Shown here piece after piece: positions 46,701-57,719 of a stretch of DNA of 64,000 nucleotides. The notes under the pieces are model-generated. The model worked only from the letters and a program-made list of their open reading frames with translations. It was not told the origin of the DNA and did not search any database. Numbering within the stretch: position 1 is the stretch's first letter; each line of letters starts with the position of its first letter. The translations under genes were made by a program, and so were the position numbers. Source of the stretch: Paramoeba atlantica (Eukaryota; Protista; Discosea); the NCBI GenBank assembly GCA_977017575.1, contig CDRNVI010000148.1:124001-188000 (forward strand). Reading direction: 5' to 3'.

Positions 46701-49700
46701 GCAACTGTATTCTCACAAAAATCTTGATCACCAGGAACATAGATACATTCTTCATCTTCTCCTCCAGGACAATAAACACAATAATTCCCTTCTTTACATT
46801 TATCATCATCAGCATCATCACTACCACCACCACCATCACTCTCAGGAAGTCCAGTCACTGGACAAACAATTGAAGATGAGGAACACTCAGCTTCAGATGA
46901 TGCATGAAACACATAAAGAGGAAGACATCGCGTGTAACATTGTGCTCCACTCTGTTTACAAGAAGTTCCAAGACAATAACCAGGAGGACAAATCTCATTC
47001 ACACTTTCAATATCATCAACAGGAAGACCAAGAACCTCTGCTTTGCAAGTTAAAGATTCTAAAGCAGTCCAAACATAACGAGATCGTAAAAAGATATCTA
47101 ATGGTTCATTGGTTGCAATACAATCATCCACCAAAGCAGCAGATTTTAATCCAAGAAAGAATATTTCAGAATCACGAGATGCAAAGGAAGCTTCTTTAGG
47201 TAGAATATTCAATCGTAAATAGTCTTCCAGTGAAGGACTCATTTTCGAGATGTAACATCGAAGGAATCCATCTTCAACCTCTGATGTTGTTCCTAACACA
47301 CACTTTTTGGTTTGATGATTGCACTTTCCAGACCATTGTTCACACTGAAAATCAGCCACACAATCAATTCCCTTGAAATCGTCTGTTTGTTATGTTGTTT
47401 AGAGAAAAAGAAAAGATAATAAAAAGGAGGGGAGGGGGAGAGGGGGAGAGGGGGTGGTGAGAAGACTCTATCAATTTTCTTTTTTTCGAATTCACAAAAA
47501 CAAAAACAAAAACATTGGAGAAAGAAAAGGAGAAAGAAAAATAGAACCTCGAAGGCCTGCTTGATTCAAACAACCACGCACAACACGATTCAGTTCTTTA
47601 TCAAGAACATATCCCAACTCATTTCGAAAGTTCTGTGAAAAAAAAACAAAACAAAAATAAAGTGTCAATCTATCTCAACAATAAAAACCACTGAATAAAG
47701 AAGAAAAGGAAAGACCTTAATACCAGAGGAACATCCTTGAACAAGATCTTTCACATGATTCAAAGAATGTGCCAAATCTTCAAAATAGGTATTGGCACAT
47801 TCAGATACCCCACAAGTTGAAGAATCTGCTGTTGTAAACTGTTCTTGATTTTGTACGATTGTGAAAGGAATACAACAATCAATTGCCTCCGCTGTAACAG
47901 CACAACAAGGACTTTTCTCATACTCTTCTGTTCCAAGTTCATATTGACAGAAACTTTGATCAACTAAAGTTACATTCTCAACTTGGGTATTCATCGCTTC
48001 AATTGCAGCTTCTTTACAAGAAGAACTCGCAATCCCAGCACCTAATATGTCTACCACATACTTTGTTTTTTTTGGAGGGTGGGGGTGTGGAGGGGAGGAA
48101 AGAGAGAAGATTGAAAGATCAGTAAAAGAAATTAACAAAAAAAACAAAAACAAAAAACAAAAAAACAAAAACAAAGAAACTACAAACTTTGTGAAATTCA
48201 ATTGTTTCTAATGAATCTGATTCGAGGACTTCAGATAGCTCATCGTTCACAATAATTTGGAGTCTCTCATAACTTGTTTGATCACACAATTCCGAAAGAT
48301 TGATTTGAGTGAATGAAGATAGAGGGATTGTTGCCAAGTATTGACTGGGAGAAGCTGGAGTCTTCTCATTGAGATCAAATGCGTTATTAGGAAGCTCTGG
48401 AACCTCCCCAAGCTCATTGGTGATTGAGAGAAGTGCAAGAGAAACTTGTTCTAATTGATTACGAGGAAAGACCACAGAAGAATCAATCGCAAGAAGAATC
48501 ACTGCAGTCAATGTGTTTTTGAGAGGTTGAGCGCCAATCACGTTGTAATATTGTTCATACACATTAATCCCTTCAGTGTCAAACTTGGGTAACTGTGGAG
48601 AAGGAGGCCAGAAGATCAAAGGATCAGAAGTTGAAGGTACCATCCAAGCTTGACAAAAAGCTGGGAAGAAATCTCCACAATTCATCCCTGGAATTCCAAA
48701 GAGAGCAGGAGACATTGCAGACAAAGCTTCTTGGTAACTAAAACTCGCTGAAGGAGTGTTTGCACTTGGAGGAGCTAATGGAATTAAAAGAGGAATCGAA
48801 ACTGTTGAAAAAATAACATGTGTTCGTCCTGGAATCCAGAAAGTTATCCCACATCGAACATACGAAACAACATCAGAACACATTGAGAATGAAACTCGAT
48901 TCTCTCCTCGACTATATCGCGAGATTAGAGAATTACTCAAGAACGTTTTCTGATTGGTATCTTTGGGCATGCAATGAACGTCTACAAAGGGACCTTTCTC
49001 TTCTAAAGTCCCAGAAAACGAAACTTGGTGGCATCCTGCAAGTACAAAAAGAGATCTATCAATAGAATGCAAAAGATTTTGAGAAAGAAAGAAAATCAGG
49101 TAATTAAATTACCTGGTGGAATTGGTAAAACAAATCCAGCAACTGAAGAAAAAGATCTGCCAAAATCGACTGTGAGGGTTTCTGTATCTTGGAGACAAAA
49201 AGTTGGTTGATCAGTTCCTGCTTGCGCTCCAATTATCTCACTTTCAGGAACATCTTTACAAAGAATTCTTCCAGGAGGAGGAATCAATGGATATTCTTGA
49301 GGAGAAACTTCGATTTTGACATCAAAAGATGAACTAAAAAAAGAATAAACTGCAAGAGAATACGTTCCTAATTGATAGTCAATGTGAGCATTTGGACAAA
49401 CAACTAGGAGGTTATTTAATGCCCACCCAAGCCCTGGTGGAATGTCGCCTTCTCTCCATTGTGTCTTTTCTGCAGTTGGAACAGCGTACAAATTCGAGAG
49501 ATAGACCAGAGGCACACCATAGAGTGGACGTAGAGAAAGTTTAAATGGTTTGCAAGTGTATTCTTCTGAAACAAAAAACCGGAAGTAAACAGTTTCATCA
49601 GGTTCAAGAGTGAAGACTTTTGATCGTTCGTTAAGATTTAAAGTGTGATAAGGAGGAATAGAATCAGGTTCACACCATTCATTGACTTGATCCCAAGAAT

Positions 49701-50700
49701 CATGATCACCTTTTTGAGCTGGACCACAGCACCGAACATCTTCACAATCTGTTGGCTTTGGAAGGTGGGGGTGGGGGTGGGGATGGGGATGGGGATGGGG
49801 TTTTAATGTCAGTCATGTATTCTCGCAAGATGAAAAACAAAAAGTAAAGAACAGAAAAAACCTGTTGTGATGACCAATCACAAGGAACACAATTTGTTTC
49901 TGGACAATCCTTCTCAGATAACCCACAAATGAAAGATTCCCCTCTCAGATAAAGCTCTTGATCAAATTCCATTTGAACCACAGCTGCTTCATACTCGATA
50001 TTTAAAACAGTTTGATTGATAAACCAAAGTTTTTCATCAACAAGACGAGGGCGAATTGCAAAGACTTCAACAAACACAAAACCCAAAAATAACACCCAAC
50101 CAAACGATTTTACAACAGCACCCATTCCCTTCACCGCTTCGCACCAAACCGCCCCGTGAGTTCCCCCGAAAACTATTCAATGGTTTCCAAACCAAACAAA
50201 CCAAATCCTGAACGAAGGAAGGAAGTTGTTGTTCGCACTGGCCCACCACACCACAAGAGGAGAGGAAGTGTTCACGAGAACAGAGTGAGAGGGCCGAATC
50301 CCAACGGTTTTTCTGCGCTCGCTCAAGGTTTTTCCCGCTTTCCTTTCGGCGATTTTGAGAAAAAAATTCTCGTTTTTTGAGATACCAGTTTTTGTTTCAC
50401 AAAGAGGGAGTTTTTGGAGAAAGAGATTGTTTACGACAATTGGTGAGCGACAAGATGAAATCTGGAAAACAACAGCGGACGGAGCAAAAAAGGTTTTGCC
50501 AAATAAGGAATTTCAAGTAAGATACCTAAAGACTCTCAAAAAGACCCTCTTTGAAACCCTTGCTCTAGGATGCCAAAAGAGAAAAGAACACAAGAAAGAT
50601 ATCTCTTTGATTTAAAATGTATTTCTCCCAATTCTGACTCTTTTGCCGATTCATTTACAATTCTCAGAAAGAGGAAAAAGGGAGAAAAGTGAAAAAAAAA
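43797..50700. repeat. Segmental duplication: 43797-50170 matches 33530-39950; 49065-50690 matches 56096-57700
   Basis: Near-identical exons and introns. The left edge carries the last codons of the GATA gene (TTGGTTTCGATTTGTCTCAAACACAAC). Confidence 0.95.
43911..50125 (-). CDS. Giant Cys-rich ectodomain + 7TM receptor-like protein, copy 2 (longer C-tail)
   Basis: Same exon set as copy 1, all open (815, 340, 317 aa ORFs etc.). C-terminus ...KIIRKWETEDQGKKEWNPSDKFTKKVED*. Confidence 0.85.
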
Positions 50701-52610
50701 AAAGGGATATCCTTAATTAGGGAATTTCTTGTTCGTTTCCGTTTGGTCTCTTTTTTGTGTTCGGTTTTGGTTCAGAAAGCTCGAGAGCAAGGTGTTTTCG
50801 AGATTTCCTTCTTTACACCTCCCCCTTTTTGAAAATCAAGTGTCCCCATCTTTTGAAGATCCTCGTTGCAGGGCGTCTGAGCTTCATCATAAAGGAAGAG
50901 CTACTCTTATCAACAGTCTCCTTTTTTCTTGGTTCCATTTGACCAAGACACTTCTTAAAGGAAACGTTTATCGATGTTGGTAGATATATCCGTCGATTTC
51001 TTTGTGTTCTTTTCCAAGATCATTTTGGTCTCTTGCTGATTCTCTCTTCTCTGGAATGGTCTTGAAGAGACCCGCTCATTCCTCTTCTTGCATTTTCTTT
51101 TTCCAAGAGATAATCTTTCAAAAGTTCAGAGTCCTCTGAATTCATGACTCACTTTTCCTCTCTTGCAGTGGTATACCTGGCTAAGACATCCAGCCTTGTT
51201 CACAGAAAGTACTTCTTTTCTGCTGTGCCTTGGCAGCTTCTCGTTCTAATTCAGGCAGTTTGCCATTCAAGATCAGGTTTCTTAAAGTTTATTATCGATA
51301 CTCGAAGAATATTGGTGGCTATAATCCACAGTTTTGGCCTCCTGTTGCCAGTAAAATGATGCCCTTTCTTTGGCTGACAGTATGTTTGTTGTGTTGAGAG
51401 TTCTTCGTCAGACCACATGCAGCGACCAGTGGTGGTGAGCATTGTGCCCTCATTTCGATATCAATATCGGCTTGAGGCATGCAGTCAAAAGCATCACCGG
51501 AAGTCTCAACCGAAGGCAACTGAAGCTGACCCATCAGAGCACAAATTGTGTCAAAATTGTGATGAAAACTTGCTGACCATCCGTTGAATTTTGATCAGTC
51601 ATTCATGTACTGCCTCTTTTGTGGCTTTCTCACAAGCCTGGGATAGTTGCCTAGCAGAGCCCTGCCATTAGGCAACACATTTTTCCGGGTTGCAAGCTGA
51701 CCCACGCCAACTGTGGCATCAAATTTCTCTCCTGCGGGTGACTGGGCAAAGGTCTGATCCTCAGTATTGTCCATGTGATCAGACCTCATTGGAGTCTTAC
51801 CAAGCTGAGAAGCAGATTTGGTCATATTGGTACTTGCTCCATTACAGCATGGAATTCCCAGATTCTCAAGTATCTGCTCTATTGAGGATTGTTGTTGATC
51901 TTGTTTTTCGTAGATGGGATGTCCTTTGCGAGGAGTTATGGATGAATCTTCTGCACCGACTCACCAATCCCAAGAATGATTTCAATTCTCTGTGGTTTGC
52001 TGGTACCGGAAAGTTTTTGATGCAGAAAAGACAAGTAATTCGCGAATTTTGGTTGGCAAAGTCGGACTTTATCAAGGTAAATTCTTAAATTATTTTCTCT
52101 GAGTCTATTCAGTACTTTTTCTAAAGACTGACGGTGTTCCTCAAAGGTTTTCGAAAAGATTACAATATCATCAGCATAGTTTATGCATATGTGCCATTGC
52201 AACCCTGCCAAAACTGTGTCCATGAAATGTTGTTGTGTTGCGGGAGCAGTTGATAATCCAAAAGGTATTCAATTTCTCCTTGTCTTCCTCTTTGATAGGA
52301 ATTGACCAAATTCCTTCTGTCATGTCAAGAGTTGAGTAATATGAAGATCCAGCAAAATAATTCAGGACATCATTAATCTTTGGTAGTGGGTAACTCCATT
52401 TCTCTGTTCTTTGGTTCAATTCTCGATAATCGACGCAAAATCGAACTTTTCAGCCACCAGCATAATCACCCTTCTGTTTGCCATCTTCTGAATATGCTTT
52501 TCTTCGATTTTTTGTTTAACTCAATCGCGACCTCGATAATTTCGCTTAAAAGATTCCTCACAACCTTTCCTGAGTTTGATTTCGAATTAGGTGGCATTCG
52601 CATGCCCTAA
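50700..52610 (-). mobile_element. Degenerate Ty3/gypsy retrotransposon (RT-RH remnants, PPT and start of 3' LTR)
   Basis: VRFCVDYRELNQRTEKWSYPLPKINDVL, YYSTLDMTEGIWSIPIKEEDKEK, MDTVLAGLQWHICINYADDIVIFSKTFEEH (YADD 52167-52178) and LKSFLGLVS. PPT AAAAAGGGGGAGG (50830-50818) is followed directly by TGT. Confidence 0.88.
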
Positions 52611-52639
52611 TATCTTGAAATTTTTCAAAAAGTTTGCAA

Positions 52640-54010
52640 CATTACGAGGTTTGTTCTGTTAAGATTTCAAAGTTATGAAGACCCGTCTTTTTAATGAAAT
52701 TTTCGTATTTCTTTAGGGCTTCCTCATCCTTCTCCTCTTTTTCGGAAGTTGGTGCATCTTGCACGAAAAGGTTTTGGAGGGAGCAAAGAGCACAAAGCGA
52801 TACCTCCTGCGAAAACTCTTTTCCATCTTCCCCCCTATTTCTTAATTGTCTTCTCATATCGTTCAGAGATAGATGACAATCTTCTTGAGTGTGATTCGGT
52901 TGGGAAGGTCGAGAGTTTGGTTGATTTAACTTTTTCGAAAGTTCTACAAAGCTTCCAGCAATTGGTCTCCTTTCCAAAACTTGGATTTCAGTGTTTTGTG
53001 CGTCTTCTTTGGTCACAAAGATGTGTCTTGCCATTGAGGATCCTTCTCGTGGTGCTTGTGAAATATTCATTACTTCAATAGAGCATGTACATCGATCTTT
53101 AATGTGATTTTTCCTCAGGTGTACCAAACTGGGATATCCGATCAATTCTGCATTCCACCTTGAAATGCCTTTGACATATCCCATCGCCACAATCGATCAC
53201 CGATCCTGCTTTGTTCTCCAACCAGCACATTTGATCCTCCTTCAACACAAGAGGTCGACCATGTGTTTTACGCAGCAACTGAGCATTGCTTGGGGTGAAG
53301 TCGAATCCTTCTCTCACCAACCTTATCAAGAAATTGGAAGCTCCCACCACTTTCCATACCTTCCATTTTTTCGCAAGAGCTCCTACTACCCTCAATTGTT
53401 GCTTCTGAGCACCTGAAACCTCTCCACATTTTCTCTTCTTCTCAGAAACAACAAGAAGAGGATTTCTTTGTCTCTTCACTTGTTACCCTGCCCTCCTGAC
53501 TGAGGGCAGTTTCGAGCAATGTGACCCACACTTCTGCAGGCATAACAAACGGTCAAGCTGTGCTTGTTTTGATTGTTGGGCTGTGTCTGTTGCGGTGCTG
53601 GGTAGGAGGTAAAACGGTATTTTCAGAAAAGTGTTGGAGGGGGGCCTACATTACAATAATTCGGTTTTTTCTTCTTCTCAACTTTCTTCTTAGCAGACAT
53701 TCCCCACTGCTGACTTCTGTGCCACCTTCACCCTCTTTGTAAATTCGAACTTCCTCTAGTGGTTCGACACTTGATTTGTCCGCCAGAGTGACACCCATCT
53801 TTGCCAGAGAAGTCTCTGGTGTCATCCTTTCTGACATAAAACGAAGATTGATATGAAACCTTTGAACCACTTGTTCCCAGGTCATGATCCTTCCAGACTC
53901 CTTAAACTTTGCCTTGTAGGCAGAATCATGTTCAAATTTCTCGAGGAATGCGTCAATATTACATGACTTCCAAAGCTGGAATTCGGCGTATCTAGCAGAG
54001 TCTCTCATTT
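52640..54010 (-). mobile_element. DIRS/Ngaro-like (tyrosine-recombinase retroelement) gag and pol-start fragment
   Basis: CCHC knuckle CYACRSVGHIARNC (53506-53547) ends a gag-like ORF. The adjacent frame reads VVGALAKKWKVWKVVGASNFLIRLVREGF, resembling the pre-RT motif of DIRS elements. No RT or YR core remains. Confidence 0.5.
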
Positions 54011-54539
54011 AGGATTTTTCTCAGATTTTAAAAAAGCAAGACAGGTTAAATAAGTTCTTTCTTTTTTATTTTGATTTGAAAAAATTGTTTGAATAGGGTC
54101 TTTATGGCTCATTTAACTCGTCGTCTTCAAAATGCCAAGTAAAGTTGGTGTCTGAGCAGAAATATCAAATTACTCTTTCCATGTTATATTGATGGGAACC
54201 AATGGGTTTTAGTTGTTTTAGAGAAGGCCTTTGAAACAATAGATTTGTATTACTATTCTCTTCAATACAATGGAGATGCTTTCGTGAAGGTTACTTTTAA
54301 ATTTCTTCTCACTCTCTAATCAGAAAGTGGAATCAATTTAGAAGGGAGAATGGGATTTTTTTGAAAGTGTACATGAACTTCAATTTTAGAATTTGTTTTT
54401 CATATTGAAGAAACTCCAACCCAATATGTAAACTTTTTTTCCCTTGATTTATCCTTTTTGTTATTGCTTTTTTGTTGGAATTCCTGTGGCTCTTTTTCAA
54501 ACTCTAAGTGTTTAATTTTTCATGGGAAAGTGTTTGTTG

Positions 54540-54800
54540 ATGAAACATTGAGAGGTAGAAATGAAACATGAGAGGTAGAAATGAAACATACAAATGAAAC
54601 ATCCAAGGCAGAAATGAAACGTCCAAAGGTAGAAATGAAGTTTCTAACATGGCGACAACTGGTGTGTTCGTTATCAATAAGAGAGAACTATGTTTGCACC
54701 TATGACGATTCCATTTGCCCCAAAATGTTTACATTTGCACCTATGATGTTTACGGTTGCACCAAAATGTTTCAAATTTGTGTTTACACCTCTATGTTTCT
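54540..54800 (+). repeat. Imperfect ~20-21 bp arrays (GAGAGGTAGAAATGAAACAT; then TTTGCACC units)
   Basis: About five AGAAATGAAAC units at 54540-54640, then TTTGCACC-type units at ~21-bp spacing at 54690-54790. Confidence 0.7.
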
Positions 54801-55199
54801 GATTTTGTGGATGCACTTGAAAGGACTCGAGTGGGAACCTGAGTGTTTATTCCAAAAGAAACAATCAACTAAGGGAACAACAACACACTCAAAACCAGAG
54901 ACAAAAATCAAAAATCAAAAAAAGACAAGAAAGAATCCAAGGGAAGGAAAACAGAAACAAAGAGACAATGACTCGAGAGAAAAGAGCAGGAAGGAATCCA
55001 AAGCACCCAGGTCAAGAGATGGAGGAGAGAACAAAGAGAGATCCAAAGCAGACAAAAAGGGGAAGGAACAAAAGCCACAAAGCTCAAAGGGAACCACACC
55101 AAGCGGCCTCATTCTTGATTTGGACCTTCAATTGTCTGGGCAAACAAATACTTTTCTTATAAAGAGTGCAGCATCAGCAAAACAAAAGGAATCCAAAGG

Positions 55200-55850
55200 A
55201 ATCTCAATGAATCAATAGCGAAATGCCTTTTTGACAAAAACTCCACACTCAATTGACCCCTATTTGTTGTACTGTGTTAGACCGAAATGAAGGACGACAA
55301 AAAAGAAAACAACCTCTTGTTGAGGAGTTATCTCATCTTGAATAAATTGGAAGGTAACAGTTTCAGGAAAGGATTTCTTATGAAACTCCACCCACTCTTC
55401 TATGGAATACTTTTCTAGGAAAAAAATAAATCATCAAATGAAAAAAAAGGTCTTTTTTTGAAAGAAAAAAAAGAGAGAATAAAAATCTAACCTCCATGAC
55501 AACTCTTCCATTCCATTCAAGAGAATCATAATAAGTTATTTGGATTGGTGATGACGTTGCATTTAAAGAAACCAAACTCCAGTGGAACTACCCACAAGAC
55601 CAGAAAAAAGAGTTTGCTTTCTTTCAAAAAAAAAGCTTTTCCAAAGAGAAAAAAAGGATGTAAATAAAAACTAATTTCTTAACATGAAATGAAGAAAAAT
55701 TGGGAGGAAAGGGAAAGGAAAGGAAGAAGGAAAGGGAAAGGGAAAAGAAAGAAAAGAAAAGAGTTACCAGCGAAATTTCAAAAGAACTAATCAAAAATAA
55801 TGGATCTCAATTGCTCATCCAAGATAACATCTGCAAAATTCTTGTCGAAA
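55200..55850 (-). pseudogene. Decayed exons of an unknown gene (DVILDEQLR; SSPIQITYYDSLEWNGRVVME; PETVTFQFIQDEITPQQE)
   Basis: Short exon-like segments with GT/AG borders, homologous to 43220-43715. Downstream frames contain stops. Confidence 0.4.
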
Positions 55851-55949
55851 GGAAAATTTGCTTGAGAAAAAAGCAGGAGATAGAAAAAGAAAAAGGAGAG
55901 AGAACAAACTTTTCTTTTGTTTGGGACAACTTTGGGGCAAAAAAGCGTT

Positions 55950-56045
55950 CGGAGGTGCAAATGAAAACATTGGAGATGCAAACGAAAACAAAGAGGTGCA
56001 AACGAAAATGTTGGAGGTGCAAATGAAGAAGAGAGGTGCAAAAAA
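55950..56045 (+). repeat. Imperfect 20-21 bp array GGAGGTGCAAA(T/C)GAAAACATT x5
   Basis: Five visible units; reverse complement of the TTTGCACC units at 54690-54790 and 43041-43053. Confidence 0.8.
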
Positions 56046-56095
56046 AATTTGATCGGTCTTCCTGTATTGTTTGTGTTTGTGTGGCTCTTGTTCAC

Positions 56096-57147
56096 GCAAA
56101 AGATTTTGAGAAAGAAAGAAAATCAGGTCATTAAATTACCTGGTGGAATTGGTAAAACAAATCCAGCAACTGAAGAAAAAGATCTGCCAAAATCTAATGT
56201 GAGGGTTTCTGTATCTTGGAGACAAAAAGTTGGTTGATCAGTTCCTGCTTGCGCTCCAATTATCTCACTTTCAGGAACATCTTTACAAAGAATTCTTCCA
56301 GGAGGAGGAATCAATGGATATTCTTGAGGAGAAACTTCGATTTTGACATCAAAAGATGAACTAAAAAAAGAATAAACTGCAAGAGAATACGTTCCTAATT
56401 GATAGTCAATGTGAGCATTTGGACAAACAACTAGGAGGTTATTTAATGCCCACCCAAGCCCTGGTGGAATGTCGCCTTCTCTCCATTGTGTCTTTTCTGC
56501 AGTTGGAACAGCATACAAATTCGAGAGATAGACCAGAGGCACGCCATAGAGTGGACGTAGAGAAAGTTTAAATGGTTTGCAAGTGTATTCTTCTGAAACA
56601 AAAAACCGGAAGTAAACAGTTTCATCAGGTTCAAGAGTGAAGATTTTTGATCGTTCGTTAAGATTTAAAGTGTGATAAGGAGGAATAGAATCAGGTTCAC
56701 ACCATTCATTGACTTGATCCCAAGAATCATGATCACCTTTTTGAGCTGGACCACAGCACCGAACATCTTCACAATCTGTTGGCTTTGGAAGGTGGGGGTG
56801 GGGGTGGGGATGGGGGTGGGGTTTTTAATGTCAGTCATGTATTCTCACAAGATGAAAAACAAAAAGTAAAGAACAGAAAAAACCTGTTGTGATGACCAAT
56901 CACAAGGAACACAATTCGTTTCTGGACAATCCTTCTCAGATAACCCACAAATAAAAGATTCTCCTCTCAGATAAAGCTCTTGATCAAATTCCATTTGAAC
57001 CACAGCTGCTTCATACTCGATATTTAAAATAGTTTGATTGATAAACCAAAGTTTTTCATCAACAAGACGAGGGCGAATTGCAAAGACTTCAACAAACACA
57101 AAACCCAAAAATAACACCCAACCAAACGATTTTACAACAGCACCCAT
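56096..57147 (-). pseudogene. Third, 3'-truncated copy of the 7TM receptor gene (exons 1-2 only)
   Basis: ATG at 57147; exons 1-2 are near-identical to copies 1 and 2. Homology stops inside intron 2 at ~56096 (GCAAAAGATTTTGAG). Confidence 0.85.
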
Positions 57148-57719
57148 TCCCTTCACCGCTTCGCACCAAACCGCCCGTGAGTTCCTCATCCGAAAAAATC
57201 CTGAACGAGGAAGGAAGTTGTCGTTCGCACCAGCCCACCACAAGAGGAGAGGAAGTGTTCACAAGAACAGAGCGAGAGGGCCGAATCCCAACGGTTTTTC
57301 TGCGCTCGCTCAAGGTTTTTCCCGCTTTCCTTTCGGTGAGGTTTTGAGCAAAAAATTCTCGTTTTTTGAGATACCAGTTTTTGTTTCACAAAAAGGGAGT
57401 TTTTGGAGAAAGAGATTGTTTACAACAACAGCTTCAAGAATCAAACAACGGCGTTTTGATAGCCGAAATCTGGAAACAAGAGCGGACGGAAGATTAATAT
57501 TTTACCAAATAAGGATTTCGAGTGACACACAAAGACCCTCAAAAAGACCCTCTTTGAAACCCTCCCCCCCCCAAAAAAAAAGAGAAAAGAACACAAGAAA
57601 GATATCTCTTTTATTTTAAATGTATTTCTCCCAATTCTGACTCTTTTGCCTATTCATTTACATTTCTCAGAAAAAGAAAAAAAAGTGAAAAAAGTGAAAA
57701 AAAAAGATAAAAAACCTTT

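Noticed and set aside
54100-54420. Exon-like plus-strand fragments (AFETIDLYYYSLQYNGDAFVK) loosely similar to the 55.5-kb pseudogene
   Set aside because: Contains stops and only weak similarity; not supportable as a separate feature.
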